A stretch of DNA of 64,000 nt, from positions 22,630,001 to 22,694,000 of the forward strand of contig OZ024755.1 of the NCBI GenBank assembly GCA_964016885.1. Reading direction: 5' to 3'. Of the stretch, positions 12,748 to 26,269 are shown in pieces (position 1 is the stretch's first letter; each line of letters opens with the position of its first letter). Under the pieces are notes generated by a model. It did not search any database. It had not been told where the DNA came from and worked only from the letters and a program-made list of their open reading frames with translations. Position numbers and translations under genes: made by a program. The stretch is from Eledone cirrhosa (lineage: Eukaryota).

Positions 12748-13031
12748 ACCTCAGAAATAATGACAACCATAAATAATTTTTATAAGATCTAAAAGATAAT
12801 TTTTAAAAAAAAATACTATCATATCATTCCTCATCACACAAGACATTTTTGCTGCAATTTTTTAAATATTACTTTATTTTATTCAAACTTACTCTATAGC
12901 ATTTCTTTTTCTGTACGTTTGACTAAATATTAAATCCAATAAAGTTTAATAGATATGCTAAAAAAAAAATATTTCTACACAAAAAAAAAGATTAAAATAA
13001 AGAAAGTAAACTTAAAATGTTATTCTTATAG

Positions 13032-13198
13032 GTGGTCGAAGAAAATTTCGAGAGTTTCTCCGAATGGAATATAGTGAAGAAAATATGTTATTTTGGCTAG
13101 CATGTGAAGAACTGAAGAGGGAACAAAATTCTGAACTAATAGAAGAAAAAGCCAGATTAATATATGAAGATTATATTTCTATACTGTCTCCAAAAGAG
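13032..13198 (+). CDS. RGS20: RGS17/19/20-like exon C (GRRKFREFLRMEYSEENMLFWLACEELKREQNSELIEEKARLIYEDYISILSPKE)
   Basis: tatag| and |gtaagt splice sites. Hallmark RGS motifs FREFL..EYSEENMLFWLACEE and IYEDYISILSPKE. Confidence 0.97.
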
Positions 13199-13384
13199 GT
13201 AAGTTTTATTGTGTTGTGATTACTGTATAGAATTTCTTAAATTCATAACCATCGTATCAACATGAAAACCAAACAGTGGCATAATTGATTATCCACTGAA
13301 TGTTGATTGACTTAAAAATATGACTGATATATATATATATATATGTAGATAAATCTACCAAAATATACGGTAGTGTCCAATCCG

Positions 13385-16300
13385 TATGAAGAACCCTCCC
13401 AGAGTTTGGTGGTGCTTGTTTCCCGCAGCTGATTGTTGCTTGCTGTCCCAGTGCAGTTGCTGCATGTAAAGCCTATATTCTTAGCTAAGCTTCTTGAGAT
13501 CCCACTACATCTCTTGTATACCCATTGTTTGTATTTGGGGCAGAGGATGGAGTTCCTACCTACATCTTTCCTACATACTGAGGAAGACCATTTCTCTGAG
13601 GGGATCTGGGCTCTGTTTTCTCGTCTACTTACGAGGACCTTAGTCTTTGTCAGGTTGACTTTGAGACCCTTTCTTTCTAGTCTCTGCTTCTATATTTGGA
13701 ATTTCTTCTCTAGTTCCACCATAGATTTAGCTATAAGAGTGAGATCATCCGCATACAGGAGTTCCCATGGGCATCCGGTCTTAAACTCCTCTGTTATTGC
13801 CTGCAATACTATAATGAACAGGAGAGTCATTGTTAACCCTAACTTTGCTGATATATGGCTTGTACTGCTTTCACAAGCCATTCATCTACTCCTAATTTTC
13901 TAAGAGCCCACCAGATTATAGTGCAAGGCACTCTGTCAAAGGCTTTTTCCAGATCGACAAATGCCAAGTAGAGTGGCTTACTTTTAGCTAGGTACTTTTC
14001 CTGTAACTGCCTCACAAGGAAGAGGACATCAGTGGTGCCTTTTCCTGGCACAAGCCCAAATTGCATCTCACCTAGTTTTACCTGGTCCCTAATCAACTGT
14101 GCTATAACTCTTTCTGTTACTTTCATAACCTGGTCCATCAGCTTTATACCTCTATTGTTTCCTCTATCTAGTGCATCACCTTTACCCTTATAGCAGTTGA
14201 CAATGATGCTGCTGCTGTTGTTGTTGATTCACCTCAGGTGCCTGAGGATCCTCCTCAGAAGCACTAGAGATGCAACTGGGAGATGGACTAGTGCCGAGTT
14301 GGTGATGGTATCTCTCGATCGCTAATGCAGGGCATCGTAGCCAGAGGTGTTCAGACTCCTCCTCCTCTTCACCGCAGAGTCTGCAAGTGCTGTCTTCACA
14401 TTTGTCAGTCAGTAGCTGCCACCTGCCAAGTGCTGGATGGTGCCCACTTCTGAAGCGGATAAGGTGGGTGAGATCAGCCTTGTCTATAGCGTTTTTGACT
14501 CTCTCGTCTGGCGGTTTGCTGAAGGTTTGAATAGTTCTCTCGTGGGTGAAGGGTGCTGGTCTACACTCCCTTTTGATAAGAGCTTGTCTCATGGCATGGT
14601 CAGCAGGGGTGTTAGGTTGTGGAAGTGAGGAGCCCTGCTTTGCGAGTTTGTCTGCTAGTTCATTCCCTTGTAGATTACAATGACCAGGGATCCATACAAC
14701 AGTTAGGTGTTTGTCTTCTCCGAGGTTGTTAACTGCTGTTGCTGGAGTTCTGTTACAGTGGGATCTTTGGGGGCAGAGTTGTCGATTGCCTGAACTAGAG
14801 ATTTACAGTCGCAGATGATGGTCGCCGAAGTCCATTTTGCGTTATTGGTTTGTAACCAGTGGATGGCTTCTCTAAGCGCAGCTTTTTCTGAGTGAAAGGA
14901 GCTACTTCTAGCGCCTGTTGCTGTACGCCACTCGTGGACGATCTCACCATCTTTCATGATGACCATACCAGCTCCGCTATCGCTAGTACCTTCTTTTGTA
15001 GACCCATCAGTGTAGATTTGAACATCTGATGGGGCGATCTGCTGCGCCAATTCTTTGGTATGACACCCTCTAGTATTACCTGGTTAACAATACGTGTGGT
15101 TATGGACCTACCAATCCATCTCTGCAGCTATACCCAATGGACCGCTTGCCTTCCCAGTCTTCAGCTTCCAGATCTTTCTTCTCCTGGTTGCCTTCTATTT
15201 CCAAGTTCGTCTAGTTCTGACAATGAGGTCGCTGACAACTAAGTTATGTTGGGAATTCCTCCTTAGGGAAGGCTTTTGTGTTTACAACCGTCCATCTATC
15301 TCATCCTCTGATGAGGATAAAGTCTATTTGACTAGAATGCTCCCTTGATCTATAGGTGATCAGATGATTGTCGGGTTTTTTTAAGTTTGTGTTACATATC
15401 GACATGTCATTGGCATCGCAGAATTCTAGAAGCCTGAAGCCTTCTTCATTTCTTGTGCCAAATCCGTGGACTCCATAGAATCCATCACAGTGTTTCCCAA
15501 TGTGTCCGTTAAAGTCCCTTGCAATGATTAGGAAGTCACTGTTGTTTGTTAGGGCAGTGGTGTGCATGAAGGACTCGTAAAACCTATCCTTAAGTTCGTC
15601 TGGCAGCCCCAATTGGGGTGCGTAAACTGATATGATTATGGCAATTGTTTTATTCAGGATTAATCTGAGTTTAATAATTCTTGCGTTCACCCTGTTAACT
15701 GAGATTACCTTATCTACCCATTTGTCAGCTAATAGTATACCTACGCCACCCATCCCATTGTCATTTCCCACCCAGAAAAATTTGTAGTACTGATTTTTGC
15801 CTACAAGGACTCTAGCAGACTCTCCTCTTCATCTAGTCTCTTGCACACAGCATACATCAATTTTATTTCGCTCTAGCATCTCTACAATTTCTCCTGCTCT
15901 TCCTTTCATTGTGCTTACATTGATGGTTCCAACTCGGGGTTTTGGACATTTGCCATCACTCGTAGGATGGAGTGAATTTTTGTGGGGGAGTATGCTTCCT
16001 GTCTCTGAATTAAAGCTTCGCAAGGGTGCTTGGTAACTCACGGATTCATATTCATTTATTAACTCGGGGTTGTTCCATTTATCCTCAGCTCATCCATAGA
16101 TATCAGTAAAAGAATTATTTAGTGCAGGATTAGAAGGACAGTAGTAGTAATAGCAGAGTTTTGGGGGGCTGGAAAGGGCGAGGAATGCAGTAGTAGTAGT
16201 AATAGTAGTGTTTGTTGGGGCTGATAATGGTTGGAGGTTTGATTGTTCGAATAGCCTATGGTGGTGAGTGGGGGCGGGAGGGAGGGAAATTGTGAAATAG

Positions 16301-16503
16301 GTAGCCATCACAGCGTATATCATCATAGGAGATTTGAGGGAAATAAGCCGGTGCAAGTAGGGATATTGGACAAGGCGAATATGTGTAAGCTAGCTTCATA
16401 AACACCGAAATGAATGTATGAGAGAAGAGGGAGGTGATGACGGGGGTTAGGGATGACTTTCGCAGAGAGAGAAACGTAATGACCAACGTGGTGTATTTCA
16501 AAA
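13385..16503 (-). mobile_element. RTE LINE with 5'UTR, APE and RT; 3'-truncated, internally deleted and interrupted by a nested LINE
   Basis: RVGTINVSTMKGR..IDVCCVQETR; ISVYAPQ; DFNGHIG; SQIDFIL; DLEKAFDRVP; LYADD. Confidence 0.95.
14216..15038 (-). mobile_element. Nested 5'-truncated I-group (Ingi/Nimb-like) LINE: RNase H, CCHC knuckle, (CAA)n tail
   Basis: IYTDGS..GAG..SEKAAL..ICDCKSLV..VWIPGHCNLQGNELADKLAK; RFRSGH; CRLCGEEEEESEHLWLRC. 7-bp TSD ctgctgc at 14209-14215 and 15039-15045. Confidence 0.9.
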
Positions 16504-16512
16504 AACAGGGTT

Positions 16513-17568
16513 GAAGTATATAAGGTTTGGCAACAGGAAGTATATAAGGTTTGGCAACAGGAAGTATATAAGGTGTGGCAACAGGAAGTATATAAGGTGT
16601 GGCAACAGGAAGTATATAAGGTTTGGCAACAGGAAGTATATAAGGTGTGGCAACAGGAAGTATATAAGGTGTGGCAACAGGAAGTATATAAGGTGTGGCA
16701 ACAGGAAGTATATAAGGTTTGGCAACAGGAAGTATATAAGGTGTGGCAACAGGAAGTATATAAGGTGTGGCAACAGGAAGTATATAAGGTGTGGCAACAG
16801 GAAGTATATAAGGTGTGGCAACAGGAAGTATATAAGGTGTGGCAACAGGAAGTATATAAGGTGTGGCAACAGGAAGTATATAAGGTGTGGCAACAGGAAG
16901 TATATAAGGTGTGGCAACAGGAAGTATATAAGGTGTGGCAACAGGAAGTATATAAGGTTTGGCAACAGGAAGTATATAAGGTGTGGCAACAGGAAGTATA
17001 TAAGGTGTGGCAACAGGAAGTATATAAGGTGTGGCAACAGGAAGTATATAAGGTGTGGCAACAGGAAGTATATAAGGTGTGGCAACGGGAAGTATATAAG
17101 GTGTGGCAACGGGAAGTATATAAGGTGTGGCAACGGGAAGTATATAAGGTGTGGCAACGGGAAGTATATAAGGTTTGGCAACAGGAAGTATATAAGGTTT
17201 GGCAACAGGAAGTATATAAGGTGTGGCAACAGGAAGTATATAAGGTGTGGCAACAGGAAGTATATAAGGTTTGGCAACAGGAAGTATATAAGGTGTGGCA
17301 ACAGGAAGTATATAAGGTGTGGCAACGGGAAGTATATAAGGTGTGGCAACGGGAAGTATATAAGGTGTGGCAACGGGAAGTATATAAGGTTTGGCAACAG
17401 GAAGTATATAAGGTGTGGCAACAGGAAGTATATAAGGTGTGGCAACAGGAAGTATATAAGGTTTGGCAACAGGAAGTATATAAGGTGTGGCAACAGGAAG
17501 TATATAAGGTGTGGCAACAGGAAGTATATAAGGTGTGGCAACAGGAAGTATATAAGTTGTGGCAACAG
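16513..17568. repeat. 24-bp minisatellite, 44 copies (gaagtatataaggtgtggcaacag)
   Basis: 1056 bp = 44 x 24. Nearly all variation is at two positions (gtgtgg/gtttgg and acagg/acggg). Confidence 0.98.
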
Positions 17569-17589
17569 TGAATGATAATAACAACAATA

Positions 17590-17827
17590 ATAATTATTTC
17601 TACTTTTGGCACAAGGCCAGCAATTATCCCAGTGTATTACTGGTACTTTATTTTATCGATCCCGTAAGGATAAAAGGCAAAGTTAACCTCGGCGGGATTT
17701 GAACTCCGAATGGCAAGGGCCGTAACTCTACGCGTCAAAGCATGGCGTCCGACCCTCTACCAATACTTCCAATCCACCGCCCTTACATGGCGTCCGACCC
17801 TCTACCGATACTGCCAATCCATCGCCC
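17590..17827 (-). mobile_element. SINE family A with a duplicated 5' segment
   Basis: Reverse core. catggcgtccgaccctctacc..ccaatcc occurs twice. Confidence 0.9.
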
Positions 17828-18397
17828 TAATAACAATAATAATAATGATGTGACGAGGACATTTTGAAATTGAGGAAGGGAGAGATACCTGCAGGAGAGG
17901 AGAAATAATCTATGGATGACTGGGATAGGTTGAAAGTTTTTAGGAATCCATGTAGCCTTTCAGAAATCAGAAATCTGTCAGTCTGGCTTCGTACCAGCGG
18001 CATGAATGAGAGAGAGAGAGAGAGAGAGAGAAAATGGGAGGTAATGGGTTAGGAGAGAAGCATAATGACCAATGTGGTGTATTTCGAAAATACATATATA
18101 TATATATATTAAAAAATATCTTCTTTATCATGATTTTTTATATCTGCTGTTCATAGTTGGACAGGTTGTTACAATGTAAACCAGTTATTGTTTACAGTTA
18201 CTGCTTTACAGAGTGTATTGGGTGGATTTTATTGGGACACCAACACAAGGCAAATTACCTGTCCTATGTGAGGTAAAAGAATTAAGTATTATGTATATAT
18301 ATAGAGCCTTTTCCAACCATCTAATAATCAACTTTAAAATATGAATGAAAATTACTTCTCATAGTTGTTACTGCTTCTTCTTTTTTTTTCTTTGCAG

Positions 18398-18571
18398 GTT
18401 AGTCTAGATTCCAGAGTAAGAGAGGTTATAAACCAAAATATGTTGGATCCATCTCCACATACATTTGATGAAGCACAATTGCAGATATATACTCTGATGC
18501 ACCAAGATCCTTATCCACGCTTTCTTAATTCTCAGCTCTACAAAAAACTCATTGAGGAGGCCTCCTCGTGA
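18398..18571 (+). CDS. RGS20: RGS17/19/20-like terminal coding exon (VSLDSRVREVINQNMLDPSPHTFDEAQLQIYTLMHQDPYPRFLNSQLYKKLIEEASS*)
   Basis: Strong polypyrimidine tract and gcag| acceptor, phase 0 after SPKE. EVSLDS has Ser at the RGS4-Asn128 position, which is diagnostic of the RZ subfamily. TGA at 18569-18571. Confidence 0.97.
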   Translation, partial: VSLDSRVREVINQNMLDPSPHTFDEAQLQIYTLMHQDPYPRFLNSQLYKKLIEEASS

Positions 18572-19413
18572 GAGAAGACCTGAACTAAAAACAAAGCTCT
18601 GTTCTAGTTTTTCCCCCCATTTGCTACAAGGAAACTTGCTGCAGCCAATCAGAAGCTTCACTGACGGTCGCTGGGACAGGAAGTGATGGCATCCATAACT
18701 ATTTCTACCTGTTGAGACCATTATCTGGCTATGACAAAGATGACAACTGTTGACCTGTATTGTGCTGGCAATGAAGATCTTTGGCCTCCAGCTCACACTG
18801 CTAGCCATTCTGTATGAGTGTGTGTGTGAATAAGAGTGTGTGAATGTGTATTTGTGTGAATAACTATGAGTGTCTGCTTGTGTGTGTGTGTGTATGTGTG
18901 TATGTGTGTATGTATGTCGCCAGCACGTGTCTACATGGCATATTATGACAGATACAGTCATTGTTGTCATTGCTGTCGTTGTTGTTGTTGTTGTTGTTGT
19001 TGTGATTTATTGTTGTTGTTAGTGTGCAAGGAGGACTTAACATTGCAGCAATTGGACTGCACATCTGAACTTCATTCTTTTGTCATCTCTTGTATATTTT
19101 ACCTCGATGCTTTTTTGGAAGCATGTTCAGGAATTTTTCAGACAAAAAAAATATATATATATGTGTATTGACAGAGATACAGAATTCAATGCATTTGTGA
19201 GTAACACAACCATAAATGTTCCCATACACAGATATGCATTTTAATATTTACATACATGCAAATTTTCACACACTAGTCACTCAATTTTTGGAAGGCAAGG
19301 AGTAGTGAAAATGTATTTATAATTCTCCAATAATAATGTTTTTGTTGTTTTTTTTCTAAATTAATTTAACAATATTTTTAAAACATTTTTTTAGTAAAAA
19401 TTAGGCTTCCTAA

Positions 19414-19414
<1 letters not shown>

Positions 19415-19446
<32 letters not shown>

Positions 19447-19538
19447 TACAAGATATAAAAGACAAAATTTATACAGAGACACACTATCTCTATCTTGCTC
19501 CCATATACAAATATACATACACATACATCTATGCACAT

Positions 19539-19575
<37 letters not shown>

Positions 19576-19675
19576 TACAAGACATAAAAGACAAAATTTA
19601 TACAGAGACACACTATCTCTATCTTGCTCCCATATACAAATATACATACACACATACACATACATCTATGCACAT

Positions 19676-19751
<76 letters not shown>

Positions 19752-19858
19752 ATACAAGACATAAAAATAAAAGACAAAATTTATACAGAGATACACTATC
19801 TCTATCTTGCTCCCATATACAAATATACATACATACATACACATACATCTATGCACAT

Positions 19859-19920
<62 letters not shown>

Positions 19921-19925
19921 ACACA
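19415..19925. repeat. Triplicated about 120-180 bp unit with embedded (CA)n, downstream of the RGS stop (probable 3'UTR)
   Basis: aagacaaaatttatacagag..ctatctctatcttgctcccatatacaaatatacatac..ctatgcacatgt(ac)n occurs three times. Confidence 0.9.
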
Positions 19926-20229
19926 AATTCTTGTTACAAATGGGATGAAATATTGGATATTATTCCGAAAAAATTAATGAAAATCTCTATGTGGTGGGGG
20001 GAGGGAGTTAATATTTTCTCTTTTTCAATTGATTTGAACTTGTCACTAAAGAATTTTTTTTTCACCTCCTCACCCTCCTGAGATTAAGAAATAAAACAGT
20101 TTATGAAAGATATATTAAATCGAGAATACTAAGTATCCTTGTATGTTTAGGAAAGGGACGAAGGTTTGGGATTGCTTTTTTTATATATACTTTCCATAGT
20201 TTGTGCAAGCAATCATCCTATTTAAATCT

Positions 20230-20253
20230 ATATACATGTGTATATATATATAC

Positions 20254-20307
<54 letters not shown>

Positions 20308-20320
20308 TTCTGTCTGTTTC

Positions 20321-20384
<64 letters not shown>

Positions 20385-20512
20385 CATATGTATGTATATA
20401 TATGTATATCTATATATATATAGATATATATGTATATATGTATAATTATAGATGTATATGTATATGTATAAATACAGATATATATGTATAGCTATATATA
20501 GGGATATATATG

Positions 20513-20549
<37 letters not shown>

Positions 20550-20727
20550 GTATATATATATATGTGTGTGTGTATATATATGTGTGTATATATATATGTA
20601 TGTATATGTATGTATATATATATCTATATATATATATGTATATGTATATATATAAGTATATATATATATGTTTATATATGTATATGTATGTATATATATA
20701 TATATATGTATATATATATTTATATAC

Positions 20728-20771
<44 letters not shown>

Positions 20772-20788
20772 TTATATACGAATATATG

Positions 20789-20820
<32 letters not shown>

Positions 20821-21131
20821 TGTGTGTATATACATGTTTATATATGTATATATGTTTATATATGTATATATATATTTATATATGTATATATATATATTTA
20901 TATATGTATATATATATTTATATATGTATATATGTTTATATATGTAGATATGTTTATATATGTATATATGTTTATATATGTATATGTGTATATATATATA
21001 TATATGCATGTATATATACCATCATCTTCGTTTAACGTCCATTTTCCATGCTAGCATGGGGTATATATATATGTATATATGTATATATATATGTATGTAT
21101 ATATATATATATATGTATATATAATTGTATG

Positions 21132-21162
<31 letters not shown>

Positions 21163-21407
21163 GTATATATATGTATATATATATGTATGTATATATATAT
21201 GTATGTATATATGCATATGCATATGTATATATGTATACATATATACATATATATATATATATGTATATACATATATATATATATACATATATATATATAT
21301 GTATATACACATATACACATATATATATATATATGTATATACATATATATGTATATATGTATATACATATATAAGCAGGAAAAAGCGGACGTAAAATGAT
21401 GACGATG

Positions 21408-21482
<75 letters not shown>

Positions 21483-21561
21483 ATATATATATATGTATAT
21501 ATATATATGTATATATATATATTTAAGTATATATATATATATCTGTGTATGTATGTATATG

Positions 21562-21594
<33 letters not shown>

Positions 21595-21603
21595 ATATAT
21601 TTG

Positions 21604-21650
<47 letters not shown>

Positions 21651-21991
21651 GTATATATTTATATATATCTATGTATATATATATGTGTATATATATTTAT
21701 ATGTATGTATGGATATATATATATATATATATGTGTATATATGTATATATATACATATATATATGTATATATATACACATATATATATGTATATATATAT
21801 ATGTATATATGTATATACATATACATGTATATATATATTATATATATGTATATATGTATATACATACATATATATATATGTATATATATATACATATATA
21901 TATGTATATACATATGCATTTACATATATACATACACGTATATACAAATATATACACACACTCACACATAGATATACATATATATATATAC

Positions 21992-22062
<71 letters not shown>

Positions 22063-22675
22063 CACACACACACACATATATATATATATATGATTACACA
22101 CACATATATGTATACACACATATATATGTATATACACACACACACACAAATGGTATGGCTAGAGGTATTAACTAGCATGGAAGACTCATGGAAGTAAATA
22201 AACACAGAAGCAGAAAATAATATAATATGAATATTAAAGAGATCCCTGAAATGACAGACTATTATATGAGGATGGTGTGGGGATGGGATGGTGTGGGGGT
22301 GGGATGGTGTGGGCAGGGCAACTTATAGAGGAAATCATGTTAGATTATTAAGAAAGTTGAAACAGATTTGATAAAACACCCACAGATCCTTGTTAATTTG
22401 ATTTTAAATTCTGTCTGTCTGTGCATGTGTGTGTATGTGCGCATGTGTGTGTGTGCGCGTGGTCCTTTTCCTAACTCTATATTTCTAGTCAATGTTAAGG
22501 ATTATTATTAAGAATGTGGATGGAGATGTGGTGGGGGCGGGGGGGGGGTCAAGAAAAGAATAAATAAATTTAATTAATGAACAAAACTGGTGCAATATTG
22601 GACATTTTTCAAGCATATATATACATATATCTAACTATATATATATATATATATGTATATGTATGTAAATATATA

Positions 22676-22730
<55 letters not shown>

Positions 22731-22742
22731 ATATATGCATGC

Positions 22743-22789
<47 letters not shown>

Positions 22790-23565
22790 ATTTTATATTG
22801 AACATTCATTAAGATAAATGCATCTCTCTCTCTCTCTCCCTCTCTATCTTTACCTATCTATCTCTTTCTCTGCAGTTACATGCATATTCAAAATACTTAC
22901 ATGACAAAAGAAAAACCACCTAAATGAGGAAAAACACATTTATTTATCTGTGAATATTTATGTGCAAATTTTTATACATTTCTCTAAAAAGTATTTTAAA
23001 ATGCTGAAAAAAAAAACAAAAACAAAACACGGTAGCAACAAAATTATACCAAATGAAAAAATATACTAACGCCGACCTTTTTTTTTTTCTTTTGTCTTTT
23101 TTTTTCAATCTCCTCCCCCCATTACCTATCAAATTTAAATGAATCTAAATTATGAATTTCATTACTTCATTACTGACTACCTTACTGTTTCTGGAACACT
23201 AACCATCTAAAAGAAAACATCTATCTTCAAAGCTTACTCAATGGTAAGAGTATTTAATTGTTATCGATTAAAATCCTGTGAAATTGGCCCTATTTTTTTG
23301 AGTTTGAGCTTGTTGTTGATCTATTATTTTTATTAGTATCAGTCTTCATGTTTATTGTTATTATTATTTGTTTATTTATTATTACTATTTATTTATTTAT
23401 TATAATATATTTATTATATATAATATATATTATATATAATATATATTACTGTATACATTAAACTATATATGCATATATATATAATGATATATGTGTCTAT
23501 TATTATTATTTATTTATTTATTATAATATATTAATTATACAAAATATGTATTACTGTATACATAC

Positions 23566-23597
<32 letters not shown>

Positions 23598-23700
23598 GTA
23601 TATATATATGATATTATATATATATATATATATATATCATAATATATATAAAATATATATATATCATAATATATATATATATAAAATATATATATATATC

Positions 23701-23785
<85 letters not shown>

Positions 23786-24427
23786 TATAATATATATATA
23801 ATATATATATATATATATCATTATATATATATATTATAATATATTTATATATATTATGATATTATAATATATTTATATATATTATGATATTATGATATAT
23901 ATATATATATTTTAAAATAAATATCATAATATATAGTCTTTATTCCTAGGTAAACATACCTTTATCATAATATATATATATATATTATAATATATTTATA
24001 TATATTATGATATATATATGTATATTATAAAATATATATCATAATATATATATATATTATAATATATTTATATATATATTATGACTATATATGTATATTA
24101 TAAAATATATACCATAATATATATATATTATAATATATTTATATATATTATAAAATATATATCATTATATATATATATTATAATATATATATATCATAAT
24201 ATATATATATATTATAAAGTATATATCATAATATATATATTATAAAAAATATATATATATTATGATATATATATCATATATATTATAATATATTTATATG
24301 TATATTATAAAATATCATAATATATATATATATGTATTATAATATATTTATATATATAGTATAAAATATATATCATAATATATATATCATAATATATTTA
24401 TATATATATTATGGTATATATATGTAT

Positions 24428-24485
<58 letters not shown>

Positions 24486-24500
24486 ATTTGTGTATATTAA
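20230..24500. repeat. Large compound (TA)n/(TATG)n/(CA)n microsatellite field with tiny RTE 3'-end pieces (about 21020-21060 on -, 21373-21410 on +)
   Basis: Low-complexity sequence seen directly. All YI-rich ORFs here are artefacts. Confidence 0.95.
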
Positions 24501-24919
24501 AATACATAATGTATATATTGTTATCATTATTTCTTCCTTACGGGGTCAATAAAATAAAGCACCACACCAGTAATGCACTGGGGTAATTGTTGGCCTTGTG
24601 CTAAAATTAGAAACAATTATTTCTTAGTGTGTCGAGGTTATTTATTCAATCTGGCACTGTAGTGAATTGTATTGAATTCTCATTTCTCAAAGCAGGATGA
24701 AGAAAGAGTGAAGGGCATTTTCAAATTATTCTTAATTCTCTCATCTTCTCTCTCTGTCTCTCTTTCTCTCTCTCTCTTTCTCTCTCTCTCTCAAACTATT
24801 ATAGTTCTCTCTTTCTTTTTTTAAATTATCCTTAGTTCTTTCTTTCTCTTTCCCTCTCTCTATATATCTATCTGAATGTTACCTCTTAACAAATTATTCT
24901 TAGTTCTCTCTCTCCCCCT

Positions 24920-24971
<52 letters not shown>

Positions 24972-25024
24972 TATCCCCTCTGTTCAAATTATTCTTAGTT
25001 CTTTCTCTCTCTATATATATATAT

Positions 25025-25063
<39 letters not shown>

Positions 25064-25123
25064 TATACACATATATATATGTATATATGTCTATCCCCTC
25101 TGTTCACATTATTCTTAGTTCTC

Positions 25124-25312
25124 GGGGGCGGTGAATTGGCAGTATCGGTAGAGGGTTGGACGCCATGCTTTCTAGCATAGTTACGTCCCTTTACAGTCTG
25201 AGTTCAAATCCCGCCGAGGTTAACTTTGCCTTTCATCCTTACGGGGTCGATAAAATAAAGTACCAGTAATGTACTGGATAATTGCTGGCCTTGTGCCTAA
25301 AGTAGAAACAAT
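25124..25312 (+). mobile_element. SINE family A inserted in a short tandem (tgtctatcccctctgttcaaattattcttagttct) array
   Basis: Full head and core. Flanks attattcttagttct and attattcttacttct. Confidence 0.9.
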
Positions 25313-25805
25313 TATTCTTACTTCTCTCTCTCTCCCCCCTCTCTCTCTCTCTATATATATATATATATGTCTATCCCCTCTGCTCAAATTATTCTTAGTT
25401 CTCTCTCTCACCCCTCATTTTCCCTCTCTATCTATCTGTCTATCTATCTATTCCGCCTATCCCTCTCTTTTCACTAAATCTCATTATCATAAAGGAAGTA
25501 CATCTAAAGCATCAGTCAGTCTTGTAAAATTATCAATAATTCAATTATCTGCATTAATTAATCATTAAATGAAATAATTAATAAACCTGTTTTTTTCTGT
25601 CTAAAATCTAGTGTAGTCTTTTAATATGTGAGAAGGATAGAGAAAATATTATATAACTCGTAGTTCCCTGTTAAAGTCTTGGCATATACAAAAGGTTATG
25701 AACTTTTAAAGTTAACATTAGAGCAACAAACTATATAAAAGGTCTTCTAAGACATAGAATATGGGCAGTAGTGAAATTGACTATATATATATATGTATAT
25801 ATATG

Positions 25806-26261
25806 GAGGCACATGGCTTAGTGGTTAGAGCATTGGCCTTGCAATCAAATGGTTGTGAGTTCAATTCTCAGACCGGGTGATGTGTTGTTTCCTTGAGCAA
25901 GACACTTTATTTCACATTGCTCCAGTTTACTCAGCTGTAGAAATGAGATGATAGGGACTGGGGTCCCTATCATTCCACTGTAAAGTGGTCGTGGAGGTGC
26001 CACGGCAAAAAAGCACCCAGCACTCACTGTAAATGAGGTTGGTGTTAGGAAGGGCATCCTTCTCACATATTAAAAGACTACACTGATTCTGGCTTGATTT
26101 CTACAGCTGGATGCCCTTCCTAACACCAACCTCACTTACAGTGAGTGCTGGGTGCTTTTTTGCCGTGGCACCTCCACGACCACTTTGCAGTGGAATGATA
26201 TGGACCCCAGTCCTATCATCTCATTTCTACAGTGAGTAAACTGAAGCAATGTGAAATAAAG
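25806..26261. mobile_element. tRNA-derived SINE family B with a Ceph-like body, followed by an inverted copy of its 3' part
   Basis: Head ggcacatggcttagtggttagagc..gtgagttcaattc, then ccttgagcaagacact. Inverted arms at 25905-26059 and 26109-26261. Confidence 0.85.
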
Positions 26262-26269
26262 CATTGGAG

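Noticed and set aside
16256-17612. Five overlapping 330-440 aa ORFs
   Set aside because: Products of a 24-bp stop-free minisatellite inside an intron; no evidence of coding function.
19410-24500. Many YI/CV/HT-rich ORFs (also at 38.4-43.5 kb)
   Set aside because: Translations of dinucleotide microsatellites.
25806-25880. tRNA-like sequence (also 29021-29090 and SINE A heads)
   Set aside because: SINE heads with A/B boxes running into SINE bodies; no complete cloverleaf.
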